A stretch of 64,000 nucleotides of DNA from Terriglobia bacterium (lineage in GTDB: Bacteria; Acidobacteriota; Terriglobia; 2-12-FULL-54-10): contig CAXVYR010000004.1 in NCBI GenBank assembly GCA_963666975.2, forward strand, positions 160,001 to 224,000. Direction: 5' to 3'. The position numbers were made by a program, and so were the translations under genes. Positions 10,190 to 19,652 of the stretch are shown in pieces. Each line of letters opens with the position of its first letter. Within the stretch, counting starts at the first letter, position 1. The notes beneath the pieces were generated by a model. The model was not told where the DNA came from. It saw nothing but the letters and a program-made list of their open reading frames with translations, and searched no databases.

Positions 10190-10575
10190 ATGAAAATACG
10201 CCATCCGATCCTGATAGTTGCTGGGCTTGGCTGCTCCGCTTGGGGTTTCCTCTACCGGCCTTTCCCCCTGCCCGGCCACGATCCAATGCTCGACCTGGTG
10301 CTCTATCACACCCCCAACTTCTACACCTGGATCGTCTGGTGGTACTACATCGCGCCAGCCGCCGCCGTCGTCGTCAGCGGACTGTTTCTCATCACGGTCT
10401 GGCGGGTCTGGTTTGAGTCTTGGGGCGTCGGCCTTCCGAACATCCAGATGCTTCCACCGTGGCCCGTGAATCCCGCAGAAGACGACGGGCCGTCGATCGT
10501 TGTTGGGGAGGTTCATCACCCGGTCAAAGCCGTCGAATCTCGTAACCCTTCCTGGCTCATTATCCCGGAGCGCGG
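10190..10575 (+). pseudogene. N-terminal fragment of a putative conjugative coupling (VirD4/TraG-like) protein
   Basis: Two TM segments, then PSIVVGEVHHPV..PSWLIIPERG, broken where an NTPase domain would be expected. Confidence 0.55.
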
Positions 10576-10633
10576 CCGCGCGCGCGCGTGGCCCCTGGCG
10601 GGCCGTGTCGCGTGCGATAATCCCTATTGATAA

Positions 10634-11354
10634 GGGGCTGTCCTAGCTAAGGGTGATTCTGTCTCGATTTGATCCATGTCTTCAATTGGTTAAGCAGTGT
10701 CCGGTGGTTACCGCCATTGAAGCGCCATTCGCACTCCTTCAGGAAGAGGTGAAAACTCTGTTTGGGCACCCCGTTGAAGCGCCGAAGATGCCGCTTTGCC
10801 TGGTTCCAGAAGTTCTCGATCCCATTGATGTGGTTCCGTTCGTCGACGAACCGTTCCGAGTGGTTGATCCGAACATGGTGGAAGTCCGACACATCCAGAG
10901 CATCGTAGCTCGAAAAGCCATCCGTGTAGACGATGCTGTCGGGCTGGATCAGGCGCTCCATGATCGGCATCAACGTGTCCGTACGGGCATTGGGGATCAT
11001 CACCGTGTAGACCCTTCCTCCACGCTTCAAAAGCCCGAAAACCGGGACTTTCCCGCCAGCACCACGACCGCGTTTGCCCTTGCGGCGACCACCGAAGTAA
11101 CTCTCGTCCACTTCGATTTCGCCGCAAACCGAAGAGGCTTTCTGGGTCTCCTCGGCAATCACCGTGCGAATCCGTGTATAGAACGAAGCGGCCGTGTTCC
11201 GATGAACCCCGACAAGCTCAGCCGCCGCCCGTGCCGTCGTCCCGGCAACGAAGTGCTCCACCAACCGATCCCGCTTCGCCTTGCTCAGCCGACTACGCCG
11301 TTCGTACATATCGCCATCCTATCCCTAAGCAATCTGCTTAGCTAGGACAGCCCC
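10634..11354 (-). mobile_element. IS1595 family (IS1016 group) insertion sequence, 721 bp
   Basis: Perfect 16-bp TIR ggggctgtcctagcta; 8-bp TSD attgataa at 10626-10633 and 11355-11362. Confidence 0.95.
10647..11309 (-). CDS. IS1595-family DDE transposase
   Basis: EVDESYFGG, IVYTDG, HINGIENFW, LKECEWRFN motifs. Confidence 0.95.
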   Translation of the reverse strand: MYERRSRLSKAKRDRLVEHFVAGTTARAAAELVGVHRNTAASFYTRIRTVIAEETQKASSVCGEIEVDESYFGGRRKGKRGRGAGGKVPVFGLLKRGGRVYTVMIPNARTDTLMPIMERLIQPDSIVYTDGFSSYDALDVSDFHHVRINHSERFVDERNHINGIENFWNQAKRHLRRFNGVPKQSFHLFLKECEWRFNGGNHRTLLNQLKTWIKSRQNHP

Positions 11355-11362
11355 ATTGATAA

Positions 11363-11569
11363 TTACATGTATGGCGAAGGATTCTGAGGGCAGGGAGAAC
11401 ACGCCCCCATGACCAATGGACCAGCGATCGTCATCGGCGGCGAGTGTCCGACTTGGCCAGACGGCCCTCGAACCCTGAAGGCGCTGCCCGCCAGCCACTC
11501 CGCCTCGCAGCGGGTCCACCCGTGCGTCATCAGGACAGCCGCTCGGTCCCGAAGATGGGCGATCATCAA
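11363..11569 (-). pseudogene. Remnant of a gene translationally coupled to the integrase
   Basis: Start overlaps the integrase stop; MIAHLRDRAAVLMTHGWTRCEAEWLA then loses coherence. Confidence 0.45.
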
Positions 11570-12789
11570 CCGGCGCTCTCGCGCTCGCTGTCGAGGTAGG
11601 CTGCCCAGTCATGCATCAAAATCCGCCGACGTTCAAAGAGGTCCGAGCGGGCGTAGGCCGCCTCGACCTTGTTCCGGACCACATGCGCCAGGGCCGCCTC
11701 GATCACCTCTCGTGGATGATTCGTCTCCTCGGCCGCCCAGTCGCGGAAACTGGAGCGGAAACCGTGCGGCACGGCGGAGATCTTTAAGTCCTTTAGCAAT
11801 CCCGACAGCATCATGTCGCTGAGTTGCTTTCCTTGCTGCACGCTCGGGAACAGCAGCGGGCCGCCGCCTTCGCCCAGCGTCCGGGCCGCGTCGAGAATCT
11901 CTATGGCACGGCGGCACAGCGGCGCCCGCTGCTCGCGATTCGCCTTCATCCGCGTGGCCGGAATCGTCCACACACCCTCGTCCCGATCGATCTCCGTCCA
12001 CACCGCCCCACGCACCTCACCGGACCGCGCCGCCGTCAGCACCAGGAACTCGAACGCCAGCTTCACGACCGGCCTCGCATTCGATGCCCGGATCGTCTCG
12101 ATGGCCGCCGGCACCTCCCGGTGGGGCAATGTCCGCATGTGCTGCACAACACCGTGTTGGGCACCGAGCACCGGCACCACCCGGTCACAGGGGTTGTCGA
12201 TACGAAATTCCATCGCCACGACCCATTCCAACACCGCGCGCATGCGCTGCTGGACGCAACGGGCCATGACCGCCTTCCGGTGCCAGATGGGCGTGAGGAT
12301 CTCCAGCACATCGGCACTGCTCACTTCTGAGACCGGCATCTTGCCGATCCGCGGAAAAGCGTAGCGTTCCAGGCTGCTCAGCCAGTCCCTCGGGTGAGTC
12401 GAACTACGCCAGCCGGCCTGCTTCTGTTGCAGCACGCGCGCAGCAGCTTCGGCGAAGCTGGGCACGCCCTGGGCGCGGCGTTTCTCTGCCAGCGGGTCAC
12501 CGCCCTCGCGGGCTAGCTTGCGATTGGTCAATGCCTTTTCGCGAGCCTCGGCGAGCGAGACCAGTGCGACACTGCCGAGTCCGAGCTCGCGGCGTCGGCC
12601 TCGGATGATGAGACGTTGAATCCAGCTCCGGGTTCCGCTAGGCTGGACGAAGAGGTACAGCCCGTTGCCGTCAGCGTGTCTTCCCACTCCGGCTGAGCGC
12701 ACGAAGGAGGCCGATAGGACCTTGTCGGGATGGCGGCCTTTGGGCTTGGTTTTTGGTGGTAGGCTGACTGTCTTGATTACAGCAATCAT
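11566..12789 (-). CDS. P4-like tyrosine integrase with arm-binding domain
   Basis: DGNGLYLFV..GTRSW..RELGLG arm domain; LTAARSGEVRGA, RMK, HGFRSSFRDW, LAH, AAY catalytic motifs; start MIAV at 12789 fits the promoter. Confidence 0.95.
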   Translation of the reverse strand: MIAVIKTVSLPPKTKPKGRHPDKVLSASFVRSAGVGRHADGNGLYLFVQPSGTRSWIQRLIIRGRRRELGLGSVALVSLAEAREKALTNRKLAREGGDPLAEKRRAQGVPSFAEAAARVLQQKQAGWRSSTHPRDWLSSLERYAFPRIGKMPVSEVSSADVLEILTPIWHRKAVMARCVQQRMRAVLEWVVAMEFRIDNPCDRVVPVLGAQHGVVQHMRTLPHREVPAAIETIRASNARPVVKLAFEFLVLTAARSGEVRGAVWTEIDRDEGVWTIPATRMKANREQRAPLCRRAIEILDAARTLGEGGGPLLFPSVQQGKQLSDMMLSGLLKDLKISAVPHGFRSSFRDWAAEETNHPREVIEAALAHVVRNKVEAAYARSDLFERRRILMHDWAAYLDSERESAG

Positions 12790-12795
12790 CCCACC

Positions 12796-12824
12796 ATTAT
12801 AAATGGGATGACCGTGGATTTCAA
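12796..12824 (-). promoter_or_regulatory. Sigma70 promoter of the integrase; leaderless mRNA
   Basis: TTGAAA-N17-TATAAT-N6-ATG. Confidence 0.8.
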
Positions 12825-12906
12825 GGGAAGTAGTGGGCAATAAAATGTGCGTCAGTATTCATATATCTAATTGAATATATAGATAGTTATAAACTCTCCT
12901 GGACGA

Positions 12907-13137
12907 TTATGGATGTTGTTGGATTCTGATAGATGGCTGTAGGGCAGTCAGCCATTGCTCCTCGGCCTCGGCGTAGAGACCTTGCTCATAGGCCTCGGTT
13001 CCGGTGTCGTTATATCTCTCCCACATCGCGCCGCGGCATGCTTGCGTAGAGGCCAGCAGCATACACAGAACTCCTGCCTGCCACAGATGGGTTCGGGCGT
13101 TCATATCCTCTGCCTCCTTTGCCTCCTTTAGCTTCAT
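12907..13137 (-). pseudogene. Exported TPR protein, 5' fragment cut at the island boundary (~12940)
   Basis: Signal-like N-terminus, WERYNDTGTEAYEQGLYAEAEEQWLTAL TPR helix, then runs into the AT-rich integrase leader. Confidence 0.6.
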
Positions 13138-13214
13138 CTGGTGGCTTCATCCATATTTAGGGATGCAAAAGCTTGGCGGGACTTAGGCGGGCAAACAGGT
13201 GTGCAGCGGCGGGA

Positions 13215-13571
13215 CTAAACCCACTCCAAAGCGCCCTTTTTGTAGACCCAGATGTAGCCGGCGATCAAGATGGCCAGGAAAATCCCCATCTCAAGCAGGC
13301 CAAACAGCCCCAGTACTTTGAACTGCACAGCCCAAGGAAACAGGAAGATGGTTTCCACTTGGAAAATGACAAAGAGGATGGCGACGATGTAGAAGCGAAC
13401 GGTGTATCGCCCTCGAGAGTCCGATGCCGGGTCGATGCCGCACTCATAGGGCATGAGCTTCGCTTTGAAGGGAGCGTCCGGCCGCACCAGCTTGGCTGCC
13501 AGCAGGGTGACTACTGGAAAGAGAGTGGCAATAATCAGAAAAATGACAACGGGGATGTATTCAGAAGGCAC
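13215..13571 (-). CDS. nuoA: NADH-quinone oxidoreductase subunit A
   Basis: KLMPYECGIDP, VRFYIVAILFVIF, FLFPWAV, KKGALEW; GTG start, 118 aa. Confidence 0.95.
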   Translation of the reverse strand: MPSEYIPVVIFLIIATLFPVVTLLAAKLVRPDAPFKAKLMPYECGIDPASDSRGRYTVRFYIVAILFVIFQVETIFLFPWAVQFKVLGLFGLLEMGIFLAILIAGYIWVYKKGALEWV

Positions 13572-13722
13572 AGTCTCGCTCCCTGACGTTCGGTAATCGT
13601 GAGCGCCATTGTAACACAACTTTTGCCGGCCCAACTCCCGGCAGTTTTTCAACACCTCTCTGACACTATTTTCAACTCAGCAGAACCACCATGTTTTTCC
13701 GCGCAAGCCCTTCTGTCAGTTC

Positions 13723-15555
13723 TCAGTGCCGGTGCGCCATCGGCGCCGACAAGACCACGAGGTTCAACACCGTGTAAGCGATGGCGAAAAGCATAATCGG
13801 CAAAGCCGTGCGAAAAGCCAGCCGGGACTGGGCGGTATTCCGCCGCGCCACAGTAACTCCCACCCGAAAAGCCAGGAAGAGGCCGCCGGCCAATGCCAGC
13901 CATTGCAGTGTAAACAGCGTGTTCGGCGCGATGGAGGATGCAGCCGCGGCCGTTGAGGCCGATGCCAAAGACTCCCAACCTGTGTATTGCGCCACCGCGT
14001 TCTTCACGCCGGTCCACATAGCGCCTCCCTCTCCGAACAGGTGGTGAAAATTATGCGCCGCGTGCAAACCCAGGCCCAGCGGAAGGAACGCGTAAGCGTA
14101 GGTGCGAAACGTCCGAAAGATGTCGCCGCGAAACTCCTCGCGGGGCGCTCCCAGATAGGAAACCAACCCCACCAGCAGAACGGGAACGATCAGTCCCAGC
14201 ATCACAAAGATCAGCGTGTAGAGAACCGGGCCCGGCGCCATGCCCAGCCATCTGCCGGCAGCCGCCTCCCATCCCGTCCATGCATTCAGCATCACCAAAG
14301 TCTGCAACAAAGCGACGCCCAGCACGGCCGCCACCGTCGAGGCCTCATCCAATGACTTGCGATGCGAATGGAACTCACCCAGGTCGGCGCCGAACGACTG
14401 AGTCTGAAGAGTGATATTGTCGTTGGGGCACGCCCGAACGCAATCCAGGCACATGTTGCACTCCGCGTTGCGGTCCATCGTGGGAGCGAACTCAAACCAG
14501 GCGCAAGATTGGTAGCAATCCTTGTGGGGGCATTCCTGCTGGCAGAGGTTCTTGTCCTTTACGCCGATCCGCACCGGAGCCGTCATGGCATACAGACCGA
14601 AGATGCCGCCCAGCGGACAGACATAGCGGCAGAAGGTCCGTTTCTGATAGATCACCGCCAGCGTGACCGCTCCCAGGGTCAGCCCCAACCCCAGTCATGC
14701 TGTTCCGAATGGCCAGCGGTCCAGAGCCCACAGGGTTGTGGCCCAAGTGAGCGCCAGGAACAGTCCCACGCGCCACCACATATTCTTCAGTATCTTGGGA
14801 GCTTTCAACTGGAAGCTGAAGATTTTTTGTGCCAGGTCGCCCACCCAGCCAAACGGACAGGCCATGCACCAGATGCGCCCCAGCAAGATAAAGGTAAAAA
14901 TGATCGCCGGCCACCACAGAATCCATGTCAGCAGGATCGCCGGGTTGCTGGTGTTCTGTTCCCCGAACAGACCGGCAAGCACAACAAACGTAAAAATTAA
15001 AGCCGTCGGGGCAACCAACAAGGCCGGGAAATGCTTCCACCGCACGAGCTTGCCGATTACAGGCCACTTTAACAGATCGCTTCCCTGCGCGTGTGGTTCC
15101 GCCGCTCCTGGACGGAGCGAGCGCCATGCTGAATACATCAGCGCGGCGGCTATCGCAAAGGTCAAAAGCAGCAGCAATCGCACGACTCCCGGAGTGGGAA
15201 TGATACCGCCATGTTCGTGGTCCATTTCTCCGGCGTCGGCAGTCATCCCGGCCGAGGTCTCCTCGCTCATATTCATATCGTGCATAGTCAGCCTCAGAGC
15301 AAATCGCGGGGCCAAAGAGTCCCGGGAAGGCGAGCGGAGATCGTGCTGAGGGGCGGCCTGTCCGTTTTGGACAACCATCATGCTGGCGGCAACAGCCGCC
15401 GCAGTATTTTTCTGGGCCGTGTCTTTCTGAGTCGCGTCATGCGCAGCCAGAAAATCGGTCCCGACAAGACAGATCACCAGAAGAACCCCAGCCAGCAACG
15501 CCCTGGCCGGCCGTAACTGAAACATTAACTGAGCACTTCTATTGAGCCGATACAT
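13723..15555 (-). pseudogene. Membrane 4Fe-4S-binding polyferredoxin (NapH/YccM-like) with His/Met-rich N-terminus, split by in-frame TGA at 14695-14697
   Basis: GRIWCMACPFG, FCRYVCPLG, CNMCLDCVRACP; both ORFs in one frame across GTA*LGLG. Confidence 0.8.
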
Positions 15556-15631
15556 CGGGCCTCCTTCGTGAGCAGGGAGTCCGAACAGCCCTGCTTGAAA
15601 TAACAGGAGTTTTTATTTTGGGGAATCGGGA

Positions 15632-16096
15632 TCAGCCCCGATGTCTCGGAGGATGAAAGGGAGGAAGGAGAAAATTTTCCGCGGGCCGGATGTCTTCCGG
15701 CAGAGAAGTCACCGAAACCTGCGCCAGCGGCAGATGGACGACCGTGACAGAAATCCTCAGGAATTGTGACGAAGTTAAGGCCAAATCAGCGAAAAGATCT
15801 TTACAATGCTGAAAGTAATGCCCGCTGTCCTCGCTTTCCGGCACGGACTCCGATTCCTGGTGATGTTGTTGCTGGTGCTGGCGCGAGTGAGCGGAAGTTG
15901 CGCCGCGGGAATGCGCGGAGGTTGCCTCGTGCGAGTGATTGGGAACCAAACACTCCAGCGGATTAAGTTCGTCAGTCAGATAGAAACGGCTTATTTGAAA
16001 GCTGAACAAAACCATCACTACTAGAGCAATGGTCCGTTGGAACACAGGGCTGGCCGAATCACCCCTGAGAAGGTTAATCTGGAGCAACGGCAGCAT
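15632..16096 (-). CDS. His-rich exported leader-type protein with C-terminal PPFHPPR motif
   Basis: Hydrophobic segment, HSH..HQQQHHQ, QHCK and terminal LLPPFHPPR; true start may lie further downstream. Confidence 0.6.
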   Translation of the reverse strand: MLPLLQINLLRGDSASPVFQRTIALVVMVLFSFQISRFYLTDELNPLECLVPNHSHEATSAHSRGATSAHSRQHQQQHHQESESVPESEDSGHYFQHCKDLFADLALTSSQFLRISVTVVHLPLAQVSVTSLPEDIRPAENFLLPPFHPPRHRG

Positions 16097-16744
16097 TTCC
16101 GACCCCCCGCTTGCGACTCTTCTGGACTATTGACTTACCGGTGACTTACCGGAAGAGCAAGCCGCAGACACATGCCTCCCTGAACCAGCACGGCGATATC
16201 GCCACAATCGTATAACAACCTGTTGAAGTGCAATCCGGAGACCAAACTCCGGGTACCTTATAAGCAACAAAACAAGAACCAGCGAATGCGCGGAACCTCC
16301 TCTGGCTGTTGCCTATGGACCCTGGCGGAGCAAAATTGCTTCTCTCCGTGATGAGTTTTGCTTGTAGAGATTCCCCAACGGCTGGGTGAAATGCCCCTAA
16401 ACTACAGCTTGAGGAGAGCCTTTCAGAACTTCACCTCTCCGCGCAGCCAGCAACATTCCATATGCTGTGGAGTTGACAGAACAACAAGTTCCCTCCAAAC
16501 AAACGACGGAGAATACTTTATGGAATAGAACATGCAATGGGTAGCCTTGCGCATCCATAGGGGGGGTAACTATAATCCAGTTGAGTTTCCCCAGCGGCGG
16601 GTTTCCTGGCACGGAGCAAAGGACCGTAGAAACCAAGGAACCCTCGAAACTTATGATGAGTTCTCCACAGCTTGGGCATGCCGCATTCCTAAACCTTCCA
16701 CCTGTCATCCAGCGTGCGAAGAAATCCAGTGAGGGGTTACCGCT

Positions 16745-17899
16745 ATGGATTTTGATCTGAACGAAGAGCTGCAATCCATCCAACAAGCCGCGCGGGAGTT
16801 TGCTGAAAAGGAAGTCGCCCCTACGGTGGATGAGGACGACCGGGAACATCGTTTCCGCAAGGACTTGGTTCAAAAAATGGGCGAACTGGGATTCTTTGGC
16901 TGCGTAATCCCGGAAGAGTATGAAGGCACGAACTCCGGGTTTGTCTCCCTGGTCGTCATTACGGAAGAGCTGGCGCGCATTCACAGCTCTTTGCGGGTGG
17001 CGATGAATATGCAGATCGGCCCTGCCCGAACGATTGTCGAGTACGGCAACGAGGAGCAGAAAAAGCGCTTCGTTCCCAAAATCGTCACCGCAGAATGGAT
17101 CAGCTGTTTTGCCATCACCGAGCCGGACGCGGGCTCGGACGTGGCGGCCATGCGGACCCGCGCCACTCTGGAGGGAGATCATTACGTTCTGAACGGCAAC
17201 AAGACATGGATCTCCAACGCCCAGGTGGCAGACGTAGCGCTGGTCTATGCCTACACGGACCCGGAAAAGAAGCACCGTGGCATGTCGGCCTTCATGGTGG
17301 ACATGCACCAGCCCGGCGTCACCTCCAAACCGCTTGCCGAAAAACTGGGGGTGAACGCTTCCCCTACGGGAGAATTATTCTTCGACAACTGCAAGGTGCC
17401 GAAGGAAAATCTGATCGGAAAGGAAGGAGAAGGTTTCAAAATCTGCATGGCGGAGCTGAACCACACGCGGCTCTCCTGCGGGGCCGGAGCCGTCGGCGTG
17501 GCACGCGCCTGCCGCGAGGCGTCGGTCTCCTACGCCAATCAGCGGGTCCAGTTCGGCCAGAAGATCGGGGAGTTTCAGATGATCCAGGACATGATCGCGC
17601 AGATGGTGGTGCAAGAGGAAGCCGCCCGTCTTCTGCTGTACCGCGCCGGCACGCTGAAGGACCAGGGCCGCCCCAACAATCTGGAAACCTCTATCGCAAA
17701 GTATTACGCCGGAGAGGTCGTCGCCTATTCATCCGACTGCGCCCTGAAGATATACGGAGCCTACGGCTATTCCAAGGAGTATCCCGTGGAGCGTTACTTC
17801 CGTGATTCCCGTTCCTATCAAATCGTGGAAGGCTCGGCGAATATCCAAAAGGTGATCATCGCGCAAGATGCTCTAGGATACCGCAAGGCCAACCGGTAG
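16745..17899 (+). CDS. acd: Acyl-CoA dehydrogenase, closest to non-decarboxylating glutaryl-CoA dehydrogenase
   Basis: MGELGFFG, ITEPDAGSDV, LNHTRLS, FQMIQDMIAQM, VEGSANI, LGYRKANR match the Desulfococcus-type enzyme as recalled. Confidence 0.8.
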   Translation: MDFDLNEELQSIQQAAREFAEKEVAPTVDEDDREHRFRKDLVQKMGELGFFGCVIPEEYEGTNSGFVSLVVITEELARIHSSLRVAMNMQIGPARTIVEYGNEEQKKRFVPKIVTAEWISCFAITEPDAGSDVAAMRTRATLEGDHYVLNGNKTWISNAQVADVALVYAYTDPEKKHRGMSAFMVDMHQPGVTSKPLAEKLGVNASPTGELFFDNCKVPKENLIGKEGEGFKICMAELNHTRLSCGAGAVGVARACREASVSYANQRVQFGQKIGEFQMIQDMIAQMVVQEEAARLLLYRAGTLKDQGRPNNLETSIAKYYAGEVVAYSSDCALKIYGAYGYSKEYPVERYFRDSRSYQIVEGSANIQKVIIAQDALGYRKANR

Positions 17900-17993
17900 A
17901 ATAAGCCGAGTCCAGCCGGCTAGAAAACCAATCGCCCTGCGGCTGCCCGGCCAGCTGCCCATCAGCCAGGCGCCAGCCAGGAGGAGAACATCT

Positions 17994-19547
17994 GTGAGTA
18001 CAATGGACGAAAAAGTATCGGAGTTGCTCGCGCGCAAGCAGAAGCTCAGAGCGGGCGGAGGCCCCAAGGCCGTTGAGAAGCAGCACGCCAGCGGAAAACT
18101 GACCGCGCGCGAACGCCTCGACTATTTCTTCGACCCCGGCACCTTTGTCGAGTTTGATCTTTTTGCCAAGCATATCGGAACCGACTATGGATTGGACAAG
18201 GCCGAGTTGCCCGCCGACGGCGTGATTACAGGACACGGCAAGGTAGCCGGGCAGGATATCTTCGCCTACTCGGAGGACTTCACCGTCGTCGCGGGAACCT
18301 ACGGAGAGCGCCACGGCAAGAAGATATCCAAAACAGTGGACATGGCCCGCAAGATGGGTGTTCCCTTGGTGGGAATGAACGATTCGGGCGGCGCACGCGT
18401 CACCGAGGAGATGGGAGCGCTGAGCGAGTACGGCCAGCTCTTCTTCCGTCATGTCCGCACCTCGGGCGTGGTTCCTCAAATCGCCCTGATCCTGGGGCCG
18501 GTGGCGGGCGGCCAGGCCTACTCCCCTGCCCTGATGGACTTCATCTTCATGGTGGAAAAAACAAGCTATATGTTCATCGCGGGCCCGCCGCTGGTCGAGG
18601 CCGTTGTTTTCACCAAGACCACCAACGAGGAGCTGGGAGGACCGGCGGTCCACGGCACCGTCAGCGGCGTCTCAGACCTCACCGCCGCCGATGATAAAGA
18701 TTGTTTGGACCGGACCAAGGCCCTGCTGAGTTATCTGCCTCCCAACTGCAATCAACAACCGCCCCGGCGCGAGCCGAGCGACGACCCGCAGCGGCCGTGC
18801 CCCGAACTGCGAAAAATTATTCCTGCCGAACCTCGCCAGTTCTATGACATTCACGACGTGATCTCCCAATTGGTGGACAACGGCGAATTCTTCGAGATCA
18901 AAAAAGAATACGCCCTCAACCTGGTGGTGGGCTTTGCGCGCCTCAACGGCCGCCCGGTGGGCGTGGTGGCCAACAATCCCAAAGTCAAGGCGGGATGTCT
19001 CGACGTCAATGCCTCCGACAAGGGCGCCCGATTCATTCGCTTCTGCGACGCCTTCAGCATTCCGCTGATTAATCTTCAGGACATCCCCGGCTTTCTGATC
19101 GGAAACGATATGGAGCACAAAGGCATCATCCGCCACGGGGCCAAGATGCTGTTCGCCTACGCCGAAGCCACCGTGCCCAAGATCACTACGATCTTGCGCA
19201 AGGCTTACGCGGGCGGCTATCTCGCCATGTGCAGCAAGGACCTGGGCGCCGATTTCGTCTTTTCCATCCCCACGGCGGAAGTTTGCCTGATGGGGCCGGA
19301 AGGAGCCGTAAATATCCTGTTCCGCAAGGAACTCAGCGCCGCGAAGGACCCCAAGGCGACGCGACAGCAGCGCTTGGGAGAGTTCTTCGACAAATACGTA
19401 AACCCGTACTACTCGGCGGCCCTCCAGCACGTCGATGACATCATCGACCCCCAGGATATGCGCTCCACCATCATCCGGGCATTAGAAGTAAGTCTGAACA
19501 AGCAGGACGAGCTGCCCCGCAAAAAGCACGGCAACATGCCGCTCTGA
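17994..19547 (+). CDS. Acyl-CoA carboxylase/decarboxylase carboxyltransferase subunit (PccB/MmdA-like)
   Basis: GKLTARER, DSGGAR, GIIRHGAK, RKAYAG, KKHGNMPL. Confidence 0.92.
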   Translation: MSTMDEKVSELLARKQKLRAGGGPKAVEKQHASGKLTARERLDYFFDPGTFVEFDLFAKHIGTDYGLDKAELPADGVITGHGKVAGQDIFAYSEDFTVVAGTYGERHGKKISKTVDMARKMGVPLVGMNDSGGARVTEEMGALSEYGQLFFRHVRTSGVVPQIALILGPVAGGQAYSPALMDFIFMVEKTSYMFIAGPPLVEAVVFTKTTNEELGGPAVHGTVSGVSDLTAADDKDCLDRTKALLSYLPPNCNQQPPRREPSDDPQRPCPELRKIIPAEPRQFYDIHDVISQLVDNGEFFEIKKEYALNLVVGFARLNGRPVGVVANNPKVKAGCLDVNASDKGARFIRFCDAFSIPLINLQDIPGFLIGNDMEHKGIIRHGAKMLFAYAEATVPKITTILRKAYAGGYLAMCSKDLGADFVFSIPTAEVCLMGPEGAVNILFRKELSAAKDPKATRQQRLGEFFDKYVNPYYSAALQHVDDIIDPQDMRSTIIRALEVSLNKQDELPRKKHGNMPL

Positions 19548-19564
19548 GCAGGCTGCGCATCACT

Positions 19565-19652
19565 GGCAAGACTAGCGGCTCGCGCGGGCAAGACTAGCGG
19601 CTCGCGCGGGCAAGACTAGCGGCTCGCGCGGGCAAGGCTGGCGGCTCGCGCG
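19565..19652. repeat. Tandem repeat, 22-bp unit ggcaagactagcggctcgcgcg x4
   Basis: Three perfect copies plus one with 2 mismatches; no spacers. Confidence 0.95.

Noticed and set aside
10653-11345. 230-aa ORF antisense to the IS transposase (also 39877-40569)
   Set aside because: Shadow frame of the transposase; no independent motifs
8880-12945. tRNA/tmRNA attachment site for the integrase
   Set aside because: No T-arm (GTTCGA) or acceptor-stem remnant recognised at either candidate junction
14695-14697. Selenocysteine or genetic code 4/25 readthrough of TGA
   Set aside because: Context is a TM helix position suited to Trp, not Cys; TGA is a normal stop in many genes here and TGG is used for Trp
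16131-16152. 11-bp direct repeat tgacttaccgg x2 (also gctattac x2 at 36061-36081)
   Set aside because: Could be operators, but two short copies without further instances are not enough support
19565-19652. CRISPR array
   Set aside because: Units are directly adjacent with no spacers, and no cas genes are present
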